Positions 1 to 10,368 of a DNA stretch of 64,000 bases are shown in pieces. The DNA is from a virus, in the UHGV virus genome UHGV-0212524. One strand, written 5' to 3'. The position numbers and the translations under genes were made by a program. Below the pieces are notes generated by a model that was not told the origin of the DNA, ran no database searches, and saw only the letters and a program-made list of their open reading frames with translations. Positions within the stretch are counted from its first letter, which is position 1, and each line of letters begins with the position of its first letter.

Positions 1-139
1 AAGTAGGTTCAAGGCACACATGAACGACTACGCCATGCGTGGTCTGATTACTGCCCCTGGACCACAGCCCAGCTGTGGGACTGTGAAGCGTAAAGCTTCG
101 TACAGTAACCTGCCGAGTTGGTGGTCGTAGGTGTAATAA

Positions 140-166
140 AAAGGGGTGCTGTCACACCCCTTTTTA
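140..166 (+). terminator. intrinsic terminator-like hairpin
   Basis: GGGGTG..CACCCC stem followed by TTTTT. Confidence 0.4.
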
Positions 167-249
167 CGCTTTAACTTTTCCAAAGAGAAGTTAAAGCAAG
201 GTACGCTGTTGGTGCAGCGTACCTTTTACAGCACCATTACGGAAACGTA

Positions 250-462
250 ATGGATTTCTTTAATCACCCTACAAAGAGGGCTTATACCATGAACAATGGT
301 TACTACTTTACTGACAAAATGCTTGCAGAACAATATGCAGCAAAAACCAATTTACAGCAACGTATCTACGAGTATAGTCAACTCGGTGCGAATAAACGAT
401 TAAAACCATCAACCAACCGTTTCACACAGATAATCACTGAAAAAAGGAGTGAACGCTACTAA
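250..462 (+). CDS. hypothetical small protein (70 aa)
   Basis: ORF flanked by hairpin/T-tract elements on both sides; no recognisable motifs. Confidence 0.4.
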   Translation: MDFFNHPTKRAYTMNNGYYFTDKMLAEQYAAKTNLQQRIYEYSQLGANKRLKPSTNRFTQIITEKRSERY

Positions 463-470
463 CTAATAAA

Positions 471-497
471 AGGGGGTGTGCTACCACCCCCTACTTA
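471..497. terminator. hairpin terminator, probably serving the minus-strand gene 598..2160 and/or the small + ORF
   Basis: GGGGGTG..CACCCCC stem with A/T-rich flank giving a U-tract on the minus strand. Confidence 0.4.
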
Positions 498-597
498 GTT
501 CAGTAGTTGACTTTCGTTCATAAATATTAGATGTCTTGTTTTTTTTTGCTTTTCGGGACGCATAAGGGGTCGTAGGGGGAGCCGAAGCTCCCCAGAC

Positions 598-2160
598 TCA
601 AAAGAGTTCGTCACCCATACCGCCTGTAAAGACGTTTATCGACGATGCAGTTACTGTTTCTTCTTTATCGCAATCCCATGGCAGAATGCCAACTTCACGG
701 AAAGGTATTACTGTATAATGGTAAGCTTCTTTAGTATCGATAATTGTACGGTGTTTACCACGTTGTACTTCTAAGTAACTATGCCCATTGACAACACGTT
801 TGTTAAAATACATCTCACCGTCAGCTTCGTTATCCAAGCTGGAGCAGTTATCGTAAAGACCGCGACCTGGCAAGTTCTTACAGAAACTTGCTGGGTCTAA
901 CGCTTTTAATTTTTTGCCTTCTGGTGAGATTTGGTGTGGTGCTAACAAGAAACCACGGTTACGTACTACCTGGATGTTTCGAGCGATACGATAAATTTCT
1001 TTAATGTCGCTACCGGCAATCCCGTTACCGTGACCTGCTTTACTGATAGTCCCGAAATAGTCTCCGCGAATCCCAGCTACATGATAACCTCGACGCTTTA
1101 AGTCCAGTATTAAGTCGTTTAAGTAGTGTATTTTAAAATCTGAGTTTGTGTGTTTCTGAAAGATGTACTCCCAACCGTTAGCCCGCATTTTACTACAGAG
1201 GTAGTCCGACATTTTTGTGTTGTGCAAAGCTTTCTCTTCGTCGGTAGCGTTTTCAGAAGCAACCATAACCGGCGCTTCACCTTCAAAATGACCGTAGAGC
1301 GCTTGGTACGCATACGCCAAGTTAACGTCCAGTTCGTTCTCTAAACTTAAATCGAGAATAACCGGCTGCAAATCCCCTTTAACGTTTTCCATTACTTTTT
1401 CAGGTGTATTGAATACCGGAATACTGATAGACAACAACAGACTAAAAAGTGATTTACAGTTAAAAGGCAGTGCAGGCATCAGCCAAAGTTCTTCGGTAAT
1501 CCCTTTGTTACAACCCAGCATCTGGTTAATGGCTTTCCATCCGGTACGTAAACCGTTACCCGCTGCTTTCTTACTGATTGAGTCGAACACATGTACGAAC
1601 GGTGCACGGTTATCCGTAATAAGCTCACCAACTAGTGAGGGAATCTTATTATGAGAGCGTTCACTGAACGTAGAGAGACTATCTCTGAGGTCGTTGAGCG
1701 CCGTTTGTAAATCAACGCGCGTTTCTGTTCCGTTCAGTGCGCCTAACGTACGACCTAATTTTTGTTTCAGTTGTACGCCTTGAATAGCTTGACGTAATTG
1801 GAAGTAGTATTGTGCTACTTGACGGTTAAGATGCTCGATGCGTGCTTCTGGTTCTTCTGGAATATCATCTTCCAGGAATTTGGTAATCGTATCGTATAGA
1901 GGACGTATTTGCGTAGTGGCCAACTTCAAACGTTTCATGACGTTTGTGTGGTCGTAAGGCATACCGCCGTCTATGATGGATGTGATGATATCCTTGATTT
2001 CGACGAGGGCGGCACGTTCGTCACCTTCCTCTACGTAATCAGGAAGCTTAGCCTCTAACAGCACTTTTCTTATGACCTCGTGATCCTTCTCAGGGTCGGT
2101 CAGCAGACTTTCAGTGTATAGTGTGGCTAATGCGGTTATCAACATCATTTTGTTATTCAT
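598..2160 (-). CDS. hypothetical protein (520 aa)
   Basis: long uninterrupted minus-strand ORF, only short ORFs in other frames; no motif recognised. Confidence 0.6.
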   Translation of the reverse strand: MNNKMMLITALATLYTESLLTDPEKDHEVIRKVLLEAKLPDYVEEGDERAALVEIKDIITSIIDGGMPYDHTNVMKRLKLATTQIRPLYDTITKFLEDDIPEEPEARIEHLNRQVAQYYFQLRQAIQGVQLKQKLGRTLGALNGTETRVDLQTALNDLRDSLSTFSERSHNKIPSLVGELITDNRAPFVHVFDSISKKAAGNGLRTGWKAINQMLGCNKGITEELWLMPALPFNCKSLFSLLLSISIPVFNTPEKVMENVKGDLQPVILDLSLENELDVNLAYAYQALYGHFEGEAPVMVASENATDEEKALHNTKMSDYLCSKMRANGWEYIFQKHTNSDFKIHYLNDLILDLKRRGYHVAGIRGDYFGTISKAGHGNGIAGSDIKEIYRIARNIQVVRNRGFLLAPHQISPEGKKLKALDPASFCKNLPGRGLYDNCSSLDNEADGEMYFNKRVVNGHSYLEVQRGKHRTIIDTKEAYHYTVIPFREVGILPWDCDKEETVTASSINVFTGGMGDELF

Positions 2161-2173
2161 GGAGCATCCTTAA

Positions 2174-2698
2174 ATGCAAATTCGTTTTAGTCCACCGTGG
2201 GAAGTTCAGCCTAACATAGATAAAGGCGCTGCCGTTAAAAGTGTAGAATTGCTCCAGGCAGGGTTCTTTAACTGGTTATATGACTGTCCGAATGGTTTCA
2301 GTTCTATCATTATACCTGAAGTAAGTCGTTCTGCTATTTATAAAGCGTTAATGGCTCCGCCTGTACTTCCAGGTAAATATTATGATCAGGTGTTACGTCT
2401 GGTCGAATCAGGCGAAAAGGTTTCCCTTGACGATTTATATGGGGAAACAATTCCTTGTCGCTTACGCTGGGTCTTTACCCAACGTGGTGATACGATTGTG
2501 GCGTCATTTGCAGAAGCGAAGTCCGGTTCGGGTTTTTCTTCGGGTGAAGACCACGCTGCGAAAAAGATGTTCTGCGCAGAACTTTTTAAATATATGCGTA
2601 CCAAGACTCGCGTCGTGGATGACTGCTTCAGTACCTCAACGCAGTTTGCCGCTAACGAAGTGCTGACGCAATTATACGCATGTCATTTATCTCATTAA
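2174..2698 (+). CDS. hypothetical protein (174 aa)
   Basis: ORF immediately upstream of the putative capsid gene; divergent from 598..2160 with only 13 bp between the start codons. Confidence 0.5.
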   Translation: MQIRFSPPWEVQPNIDKGAAVKSVELLQAGFFNWLYDCPNGFSSIIIPEVSRSAIYKALMAPPVLPGKYYDQVLRLVESGEKVSLDDLYGETIPCRLRWVFTQRGDTIVASFAEAKSGSGFSSGEDHAAKKMFCAELFKYMRTKTRVVDDCFSTSTQFAANEVLTQLYACHLSH

Positions 2699-2710
2699 GG
2701 TATTAAACAA

Positions 2711-4996
2711 ATGAAAGATACCCGAATCTCTAATTTAGAGAAACTCGTAGAAGCCGGTACTAGTCTGGCCCAAAACGTCATCGGCAACAACACCGCCAGC
2801 GAAATGTGGAATACGATTGTTGCAGGCGAGTCCGTACGTAGCAACGCAAAAGTATTTGGCGCTCTGCGTGACGAAGCATCACAGCACTATGCCAACGCTT
2901 TTGGCGGCAAGAAAATGTCTCATGCTGCGACTGTCGCCTCCGCAATGATTCTGGGCGCAGCTAACCACGGTAAAGACCTGCAAGAACGTGTTGCCCAGGA
3001 ATACGCTAAGCCGGAATTCCACAGCAAGTATAACCTGGATATTGGTATCCCTGGTGCGCAAGGTGGTGACTGGGGTCGTGAGCGCATGGTTGTTGCTCAG
3101 GAATACTATAGCAACAAAGACTACGACAAAAACCTGGGCCTGACCTGGACCCTGAACGTACGTGCTCTGGAAACTCAGTCCAAGTTTGCTGAAACACTGT
3201 TCCCGACCATTACCGTTGACACCAACGATGTTGGTATTACCGTACGTACTAAAGTGACTACCGTTTCTCGCGGTATCATGAACGCGCTGCTGAGCAAAGA
3301 CGTGGTTGAAGACCATCGTCGTCCGCTGCACAACGCACTGACTGACCACACCGTTCTCCAGGACGAAGCGATCAACATCGTTCCTTACGTAATGGAAACC
3401 GGTGAAAACCAGGAATACTTCGTAAGCGAAGAACTGGTTCCGAACGAAACCGTTCGCCTGGGTCGTGTACCTCCGTATCCGACTAACTACCTGAGCTTTG
3501 CAAACGACACGCTGAACCTGTTCCAGCTGTCTGCGCATCCGGGTATCGTTCAGGAAGGTTACGATGAAACTGATGAAATCGCACCGGGTTGTGCTCTGGG
3601 CAGCCTGCTGATTTCTGTACGTAAACCGACCGAAGAAGCGAGAGCGGGTAAATTCATCAAACTGCACGTTCGTGACATGCAGTTCGCAACCTTCCAGCGT
3701 CCTGCTGAAGGTGACGGCCGTGAACTGGTTCTGCAATTCCGTCGTACCGCGTTCTCTCTGAATGCGAAAACCACCGACTGGACTGGTGCAGCTATTCCGG
3801 CTCTGCAAGCACTGGGTCAGAACTCCTACACCCTGCGCTACGTTATCACCATCACCATGTCCCTGTTCACCAGCGGCCAGTTCGGTGGTAAAGTAGACAT
3901 TTCCGGCCACAAACTGGAAATCGAAGGTCTGTACGATGCAACTGGTAACAAAGTTGATACCAAGTCTGGCACCGGTAAAGTTATCCTGGACGGCCTGAAG
4001 CTCGAACTGATGGGCTGGCGCTTCGATGGTACTCGTACCAACGAAAACCGTCGTACCCAGGGTCTGCTGCTTGACCCAATTTGGGAACAGGAAAACTACA
4101 AACTGCAATACGGTTCTCCGATTCTGACCAAGTCTCCAGTTGGTGTTGAATACGACGACACTGAACGTCTGGACGACCTGATCTCTGCGGTGAACATCCG
4201 TAACGAACAGCTGGCGATTACTCAGACGCTGTCTTACACCGAAGCAGTACGTAACGCAGCCGCTGCGATGATCACTCCGTGGGACAAACCGGCCATCCGT
4301 GGTCTGGGCCGTCACTGGGTTGCTCCGTGGTTCAAAGAGTCTGACTACAAAGTCGATGAAGTTGTTCAGTCTCTGGATACCAAAGAAGCGCTGATCAACG
4401 CTCGTCAGGGTCTGTTGCAGCGTATCGGTAGCCAGGTAACTCAGGCTATCCAGGATTCTCGTTTCATTCCTGCACTGCGCCTGCTGACCGCTGATCCGGA
4501 CATTCTGCCGAAAGTTATTATCGCAACTGACGAACCGACTGCATCTATGCTGCTGCTGGTTCAGGGCGACCAACGTCTGCTGGGCGACCGTTATGAATAC
4601 GAAGTCGTTACCACCAACGATGACCGCTGGCGTATCTACAACGCAGCTGACGATTCCTGGACTCGTCGTCTGCAATGGTTCCTGAAAGTTCCGACTGCGG
4701 ACGATGGTTCCTACTGCGTACTGAACTGGGGTAACCACTTCTGGTCTCCGATCATGGTTACCAACATCAACATCCAGCGTAACGGTTCTACTTCTAAAGA
4801 ACTGGCTGTACAGCCGCGTAACGCGCATATCTGCCACTGCCCGATCACTGGTCTGATTTGGGTTAAAGGCATCACCAAACTGGTTGAAGAAAAACTGGCT
4901 TACAACGTTTCTGTAGAACAGAACGGTCAGAAACAAACCGAAGGTGGTGTAGCAGGTAATGTTGCTGGCGACGGTAAAGACAAAGCTGGTAAATAA
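2711..4996 (+). CDS. putative major capsid protein (761 aa), highly expressed structural gene
   Basis: extreme bias toward E. coli-optimal codons (CGT, CTG, GGT, AAC, ACC), strong terminator directly downstream; size matches the ~740-750 aa capsid proteins of phiKZ-like phages; a 905-aa acidic-tailed protein lies five genes downstream. Confidence 0.45.
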   Translation: MKDTRISNLEKLVEAGTSLAQNVIGNNTASEMWNTIVAGESVRSNAKVFGALRDEASQHYANAFGGKKMSHAATVASAMILGAANHGKDLQERVAQEYAKPEFHSKYNLDIGIPGAQGGDWGRERMVVAQEYYSNKDYDKNLGLTWTLNVRALETQSKFAETLFPTITVDTNDVGITVRTKVTTVSRGIMNALLSKDVVEDHRRPLHNALTDHTVLQDEAINIVPYVMETGENQEYFVSEELVPNETVRLGRVPPYPTNYLSFANDTLNLFQLSAHPGIVQEGYDETDEIAPGCALGSLLISVRKPTEEARAGKFIKLHVRDMQFATFQRPAEGDGRELVLQFRRTAFSLNAKTTDWTGAAIPALQALGQNSYTLRYVITITMSLFTSGQFGGKVDISGHKLEIEGLYDATGNKVDTKSGTGKVILDGLKLELMGWRFDGTRTNENRRTQGLLLDPIWEQENYKLQYGSPILTKSPVGVEYDDTERLDDLISAVNIRNEQLAITQTLSYTEAVRNAAAAMITPWDKPAIRGLGRHWVAPWFKESDYKVDEVVQSLDTKEALINARQGLLQRIGSQVTQAIQDSRFIPALRLLTADPDILPKVIIATDEPTASMLLLVQGDQRLLGDRYEYEVVTTNDDRWRIYNAADDSWTRRLQWFLKVPTADDGSYCVLNWGNHFWSPIMVTNINIQRNGSTSKELAVQPRNAHICHCPITGLIWVKGITKLVEEKLAYNVSVEQNGQKQTEGGVAGNVAGDGKDKAGK

Positions 4997-5011
4997 TACC
5001 GAATAAAAAGT

Positions 5012-5050
5012 GTCTAAGCCCTTCGGGGCTTAGACCTTTTATTTTTTTTT
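5012..5050 (+). terminator. rho-independent terminator
   Basis: GTCTAAGCCC-TTCG-GGGCTTAGAC hairpin followed by a long T-tract. Confidence 0.8.
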
Positions 5051-5066
5051 CTTTCTATTATTTTTT

Positions 5067-5089
5067 GGATAGATATTATCAATGGGAGA
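5067..5089 (+). promoter_or_regulatory. degenerate copy of the conserved promoter-like motif (GGATAGATATTATC..GGGAGA)
   Basis: matches the motif found at 26185, 30839, 46575 and 50194; sits after a terminator T-tract and upstream of gene 5179. Confidence 0.3.
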
Positions 5090-5178
5090 CTGTCAGTTGG
5101 TTTAAAGGAGACTTTATGGAAAAAATACATTTAAGACTAAAGATATGTACCATTATTAAAACTTAATCTGGCCCTTAC

Positions 5179-6189
5179 ATGAACCGTCTTGATATTGATG
5201 TGGTACCCAGTATTACTGACCGTTCGTTGTATCAAAGGTCAGGACTACAAAAACTCATCACTTTTGAGAATAATACTGGTGTGCCAATTTACGTCACTGA
5301 AACCAGTGGCGGTAGCTTTATTTTAACTCCGTCCAAAAGCCCGGCTGATGAGCATGGGGTTGTTGTTTATGTAACGTATCAATCGTTCGGAAATCTGGCT
5401 AACCTGAACGGCTTTGCAGAAGTCTTACCAGAAAAACAATTCACTAAATTTTGTGCAGATTTAAAGGAGAAAGGAGAGGTCACACTCCGATACGTGGTTG
5501 ACGATATCGGTGCTTTATTACGTGGGGACTTGGTTGTATTGAAGCAGCTAGGATTCGCTTTTTCAATTACACCAGTTCGATTAGAAAGTACGCCACCGAG
5601 CGTAAGACCAGGAGGTGAGAGAACTGAATTTACATTAGGTGTTATTGTTGTGCAGCGTTACGACGATCCCGAACTATATCGTTGGATTAGATTCTACGGA
5701 ACGCGCATGGAAGTACAACCGATACTATCACGGTATTACGAACCGGGTGTGTATATGGTAATCGGAGGTGGAGACAAAGTAGAAGGGAGCAGGATGATTC
5801 ACTTCGAGTTCGATGACTTATTGTCACCGTTCCGTGTTTTTAAAGATAAAGAAACAGCCACCGCGTTTCGATGGCAAGAAACGTTACCGGATATTCACGA
5901 GATAAAGGAAAAGCTGGAAAGTCAATACAGAGAAAAATTAGAAAGTTTGGATTCGGCAAAAGACAAACTGGAATTAGAACACAAAAAACAACTACAGAAT
6001 TTGGCTTTGGAAAAGGAGCGTTTGACTCTAGCGTATAAACAACAAGAACTAGAAGCAAAGTCTCGGGCAGAGGCACGAAAAGAATTCTACGAGACTCGTT
6101 CTTACATTCGTAAAGATGGGTCAGACCTATTTAAATCAGTCCCTGCGTATCTGGCGGCGGGTGTCGCATTTATAGGGATGCTAAAATAA
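5179..6189 (+). CDS. hypothetical protein, coiled-coil region plus C-terminal hydrophobic segment (336 aa)
   Basis: ORF; K/E/L-rich heptad-like region (KEKLESQYREKLESL...) and C-terminal AYLAAGVAFIGML. Confidence 0.55.
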   Translation: MNRLDIDVVPSITDRSLYQRSGLQKLITFENNTGVPIYVTETSGGSFILTPSKSPADEHGVVVYVTYQSFGNLANLNGFAEVLPEKQFTKFCADLKEKGEVTLRYVVDDIGALLRGDLVVLKQLGFAFSITPVRLESTPPSVRPGGERTEFTLGVIVVQRYDDPELYRWIRFYGTRMEVQPILSRYYEPGVYMVIGGGDKVEGSRMIHFEFDDLLSPFRVFKDKETATAFRWQETLPDIHEIKEKLESQYREKLESLDSAKDKLELEHKKQLQNLALEKERLTLAYKQQELEAKSRAEARKEFYETRSYIRKDGSDLFKSVPAYLAAGVAFIGMLK

Positions 6190-6199
6190 GGAGCGTGGC

Positions 6200-7975
6200 G
6201 TGTTTAAAGATGCAATCAGAAAGCTTAAAGAGGATGGCAAAATAGTACCCTTTAACCGAGCGATTGCGGAAGGTGTCGGTTATACACAGGCCAAAGACGG
6301 TATACACGAGCGTGTTCAGATTATCTTGAAACGTGAGCTGGATTATCATCCTGTTGATAATCCGCGTGTTCCTGAAGGGCTGGCTGTATTAGGTGTACGG
6401 TTAATGTCACCGTTTGAAACGTTCATCTATAAGCTGTCTCGTTCTGAGAGCAGCAGAATGGATAGACGTCGTGGTGTGATGTCCATTGCGAATACTGATG
6501 CGTATATGGTCATGTCAACATTCCGTATTCCAGGAGATTCTCGACCGATCTCAAGACCGATTAACTTACCCTTTATCCGTCGTGGTGGTTTAATGAACTA
6601 TTACGGTACGACGTATCACGTTGCACCGGTTATTCACCAGCCAGGTATCTGTCGCGAACACGGTGGGGTATTTGTTAACTTTGACTTTAAACGTAAAGCC
6701 TCGTTGAAATTCTGTAAGCAACCTGTCCGTGTGTTAGTCAACGGTAAAAAAGAGGAGCTATTCTTACCAGGAACCAAAAACCTGTTCAAAGCGAAGAACG
6801 CAACACATCCTGATACTGACGAGAAACCGTTAATGTATTGGTTGTTCGGACGTTACGGATTTAAAGAAGCGATTAAACGCTATACTGGTGTTGACGTAGA
6901 AATTTATCCATCGTTTAAGATCCCAGAACTCGATCTCAACGAGAAAGTTGTAATCAGTTCCGGTGAATCGAAATATAACCGTTCGATAATGTACGCGGTT
7001 GTCGTACCCGCAGAAGCATTGCCGAACGTGGATAAAGTTGGTTGGGATCAAAACGAGCATTTGTTGCTGGCCGCAATTGCTGCGTTCTTCAAAGCCGCTC
7101 ACTACTATTGCAGTAAACAATCCATTAAGAACGGTAACGTCACGCCGCTCCCGCCGCTGTTTACCGCAATTAACGAGTTAGCGATGGAAGACGATATTGC
7201 TAACCTGAACTCTGCTCCGATTTGGCGTGAGATTCTGGGAAGAAGTATCGTAGGACTGAAACCTTCCGATATTGAGTTAGCGCACAGTATGGCGAAACAC
7301 TATACTGAATGCGATCGCTACGTTAACTCAACGTTCCGTGCAGAACTGAAGATGACCGATCCTGACATTCCAGACGACATGGATATGTTTGATTTCTTCT
7401 GGTATGCAACGAAACTGATGGTACGTACCCGTTTGACTAAACAGGGTGACATTCCGTCGATGTACGGAAAACGTTTAACCGTAACTGACTACTTACTGTT
7501 AGGTGACCGTGGGTTTACACCAACGGTAGCGGCTATTCGTTTCCATCTGGGACAAACGGAGAATCGTTCGCCAGAATCCTGCGCGAATATGATTCGTAGC
7601 GCACTCAATAAAGAAATTGTCACGAGTCTGGTGTTGCGTAATATCACTGGTAACGGCGGTGTAAGTTATTTCAACGCATCAACAGAGTCCATGGTACTAG
7701 GAGTATCCACACACGCGATTAGTCAAACTGAAACGGAATCTAAACGTAACAGCAAAGGCGGTAAAACGGTTAACCTTAATGACCGTACGAAACACGCTTC
7801 TGCATCGCATCTGGAGTGCGGTAACGTTTATTACATTCCGAAATCGTCCCCGTTCAAATGGGGTATCCTTAACCCGTACATGAAAACTAGCCGTCAGTTA
7901 GTGATGGTTCGTAATCCAAAACTTGACGAGTTAATCCAAGCAACCGAAGAAGATATTGCGAAGATTGGCCGTTAA
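6200..7975 (+). CDS. hypothetical protein (591 aa)
   Basis: long ORF in operon context. Confidence 0.6.
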   Translation: MFKDAIRKLKEDGKIVPFNRAIAEGVGYTQAKDGIHERVQIILKRELDYHPVDNPRVPEGLAVLGVRLMSPFETFIYKLSRSESSRMDRRRGVMSIANTDAYMVMSTFRIPGDSRPISRPINLPFIRRGGLMNYYGTTYHVAPVIHQPGICREHGGVFVNFDFKRKASLKFCKQPVRVLVNGKKEELFLPGTKNLFKAKNATHPDTDEKPLMYWLFGRYGFKEAIKRYTGVDVEIYPSFKIPELDLNEKVVISSGESKYNRSIMYAVVVPAEALPNVDKVGWDQNEHLLLAAIAAFFKAAHYYCSKQSIKNGNVTPLPPLFTAINELAMEDDIANLNSAPIWREILGRSIVGLKPSDIELAHSMAKHYTECDRYVNSTFRAELKMTDPDIPDDMDMFDFFWYATKLMVRTRLTKQGDIPSMYGKRLTVTDYLLLGDRGFTPTVAAIRFHLGQTENRSPESCANMIRSALNKEIVTSLVLRNITGNGGVSYFNASTESMVLGVSTHAISQTETESKRNSKGGKTVNLNDRTKHASASHLECGNVYYIPKSSPFKWGILNPYMKTSRQLVMVRNPKLDELIQATEEDIAKIGR

Positions 7976-8014
7976 CCACGAAAGACGTATTAAGACCTAT
8001 TAGGAGAATTAAGA

Positions 8015-9625
8015 ATGGCAAGCTACAGCGAAACTCGTGAATTTATCTTGAAAGTTTTTATGGCTAAACAGGATCAGCTTTTGAACTATCTCGTCGACGC
8101 GATGAACGCGAAGGGGATAAAAGAAGATCCGTTTGTTAATGCAGCGTGTATTGTGGGTAACTGGTATCTGCAAAACCGTCGCCCTAGTGACCAAACTAAC
8201 GTTGCGGTTATCGAAACCTTTAAGGCAACGCTCTATAGCCGTCTGTTAGGTTTAGGTCTGACTCCGTTGCAGCCGGACATTCATAGCGCGTTAGAGAAAG
8301 CGTTTGTGCTGGCGAATCAGCTTGCAGAAGAAGCACGTCGTGCTGGGCAGGGTGGATTCGGTGTGCGTACTGAACCGGTTAACTTCGGTATTCAGAATTC
8401 GCAGAATGCGCAACCAACTGCACCGATTCAGGGTTCTTCTGTACCGATGGCCAGCTATACTCCGGCCGGTGTAACAGTGCAACCTGTACAATCCGCTCCG
8501 GTATTCGGTGGTACTCCGCAAACTCAACCGCAAACGCAAACACAGCCTGCTATTATTCAGCCGACTGTTCCGCAGGAAGTGATGAACAAAAGCAAGCCTG
8601 TGGATATGAATAAGGAAACGATGGATGATATCATTCAACGTGCTAACCGTCCTCACCATGACATTTTGCGGGTAGAAATTGTGGAAGACTATTTAGATCA
8701 CGAGCTGAAAGAAAAGATTCAGCAAAACGTTGTTTCGCCGAAAGAAGCTAACACACGCGTCAAGAATTCTGTGTATGCAGAACATCGTGACTGGGGTGAT
8801 AAGGTTAGTGAACTGGTTGAAGATAACGACAAACAATATTGCTCGTATGACGATGCGGGTATCATGGTGAAAGTCGAAAGCGAATACCGTCTGTATCCGA
8901 TGGCACAGACTGAAACTTCTGCGGTGTATCTCCAGGAGTTTTATAGTTCGGTTCGCCAGATTATCGACGATCTCGATACCGTACGTGATATTGACGATAT
9001 TGAAAAGCTGATGGAGCGTGTTTCTAATGACGTCTTCAGACTGCGTGACCTTGCACAACGTTTGTTAATGTACTTCCTCACCAAATCTGATGAGAATGAA
9101 ACGTATCGTAGCGAATGTTCAGCGTTTACTCGTCGTTTCATTGCAACATTAACCGTGCTGGTTCACAACGCCATCTCCGTGGCATCTGCTTACGGTAAAG
9201 ACGTTCCGGGTACGAAATTCGTACAGTTGGAATGCTGCCTGGATGACATGACCTACTTTAAAGAGACAGTGTATGGTCGTACCATCGGTGAAAATGGTGT
9301 GAGCAAGTCTGCGGATTATTTTCGTGAAATGTTCCTGCTGATCGCGCGTTCTCTGCGTAAGCTGCACATTCGTCTGACCTGCGATAATAAAGCTATTGAA
9401 CTGTCTCAGGTAACGTACACGATTTCTCTGCAAGCAGATTATCAATCCGCTAACGATCGCCATATCGTGGAAATCTCATCGTTTGGTAACAGCTTCGAAC
9501 CGATTGTTTCAATCTACGAAGTCATTAACCAGAAAGCACCAGAAGCGTTCATTAAACTTAAGACCCCGTCTCATGTTTATTCGCTGCTGAGCACAGGTGA
9601 CGTGACTGCACCAGTTCGTTATTAA
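8015..9625 (+). CDS. hypothetical protein with Q/P/T-rich low-complexity linker (536 aa)
   Basis: long ORF; internal PQTQPQTQTQP stretch. Confidence 0.6.
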   Translation: MASYSETREFILKVFMAKQDQLLNYLVDAMNAKGIKEDPFVNAACIVGNWYLQNRRPSDQTNVAVIETFKATLYSRLLGLGLTPLQPDIHSALEKAFVLANQLAEEARRAGQGGFGVRTEPVNFGIQNSQNAQPTAPIQGSSVPMASYTPAGVTVQPVQSAPVFGGTPQTQPQTQTQPAIIQPTVPQEVMNKSKPVDMNKETMDDIIQRANRPHHDILRVEIVEDYLDHELKEKIQQNVVSPKEANTRVKNSVYAEHRDWGDKVSELVEDNDKQYCSYDDAGIMVKVESEYRLYPMAQTETSAVYLQEFYSSVRQIIDDLDTVRDIDDIEKLMERVSNDVFRLRDLAQRLLMYFLTKSDENETYRSECSAFTRRFIATLTVLVHNAISVASAYGKDVPGTKFVQLECCLDDMTYFKETVYGRTIGENGVSKSADYFREMFLLIARSLRKLHIRLTCDNKAIELSQVTYTISLQADYQSANDRHIVEISSFGNSFEPIVSIYEVINQKAPEAFIKLKTPSHVYSLLSTGDVTAPVRY

Positions 9626-9663
9626 GTTTGGATTGGGGGTGGAAACATCCCCATTTTTAAGGA

Positions 9664-9918
9664 GTGCGTATGGCCGCTTATGTTGATTACAGTAAAGCCA
9701 AGATAGAGCTAAACGTAATTGATACCGTGGAGCGTTTAAAGCAACAACTTTCTTTGGAGTTATATCAACTTCGCGTCCGTATTCACGAGCGTGAACAACT
9801 TATTGAGAAACGTCCATTATTTATCGACGAGAAGCAGGTAAAACTTATCACTGCGGAGTTAGAAGTTATGACCGCAGAGAAACTGTTACTCGAAGAACGT
9901 ATCGCTGCTATTGGTTAA
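9664..9918 (+). CDS. hypothetical small coiled-coil protein (84 aa)
   Basis: ORF followed by terminator. Confidence 0.5.
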   Translation: MRMAAYVDYSKAKIELNVIDTVERLKQQLSLELYQLRVRIHEREQLIEKRPLFIDEKQVKLITAELEVMTAEKLLLEERIAAIG

Positions 9919-9927
9919 TCACCACAC

Positions 9928-9960
9928 AAGGAGAGCTTCGGCTCTCCTCCTTCTTTTTTA
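9928..9960 (+). terminator. rho-independent terminator
   Basis: GGAGAGC-TTCG-GCTCTCC hairpin plus T-tract. Confidence 0.75.
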
Positions 9961-10006
9961 TTCCCCAATTTATTATAGCCGCCCACTATAGTGAGGGAAT
10001 GAGGAA

Positions 10007-10306
10007 ATGATTAAATATGTTGTTATTAATGTAAACTACGAACGTAGTCCACGTTTTCGCTTCGAATTACCTGAAACCGAAGCAACCATGGAGTTTAATC
10101 GCTATTTATTAGAACACTCAAACACCAAAGTCAATCACGGTAGATACTGGCTTATCTACTATAATGCCCGTAACGAACTACTGAAAGCCGTTAAGAAATC
10201 AGGTCAGCCAGAACTGTTAGCGAAACTGATGGCGTACGATAACGATCCTTTAGCAATAGGAATTATGTTAGACCTTGCTATCAATAAAGACGAAATAGCA
10301 TGGTGA
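10007..10306 (+). CDS. hypothetical protein (99 aa)
   Basis: ORF between terminators. Confidence 0.5.
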   Translation: MIKYVVINVNYERSPRFRFELPETEATMEFNRYLLEHSNTKVNHGRYWLIYYNARNELLKAVKKSGQPELLAKLMAYDNDPLAIGIMLDLAINKDEIAW

Positions 10307-10365
10307 AAAAAGAAAGCTACCCCGACCCCAGAAGGGTCGGAGTAAGCTCGAATTATTTTTTTTGC
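10304..10365. terminator. bidirectional terminator between convergent genes
   Basis: CCGACCC-CAGAA-GGGTCGG hairpin with an A-tract upstream and T-tract downstream. Confidence 0.7.
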
Positions 10366-10368
10366 TAT

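Noticed and set aside
2879-4936. 685-aa ORF on the minus strand lying entirely inside the putative capsid gene
   Set aside because: Antisense shadow ORF produced by the extreme codon bias of the sense gene, which avoids codons whose complements are stops; translation is low-complexity and Arg/Val/Thr-rich, with no independent RBS or terminator.
8291-9463. Several 100-120 aa minus-strand ORFs inside gene 8015..9625
   Set aside because: Nested antisense ORFs within a long sense ORF; none has start context or terminators.
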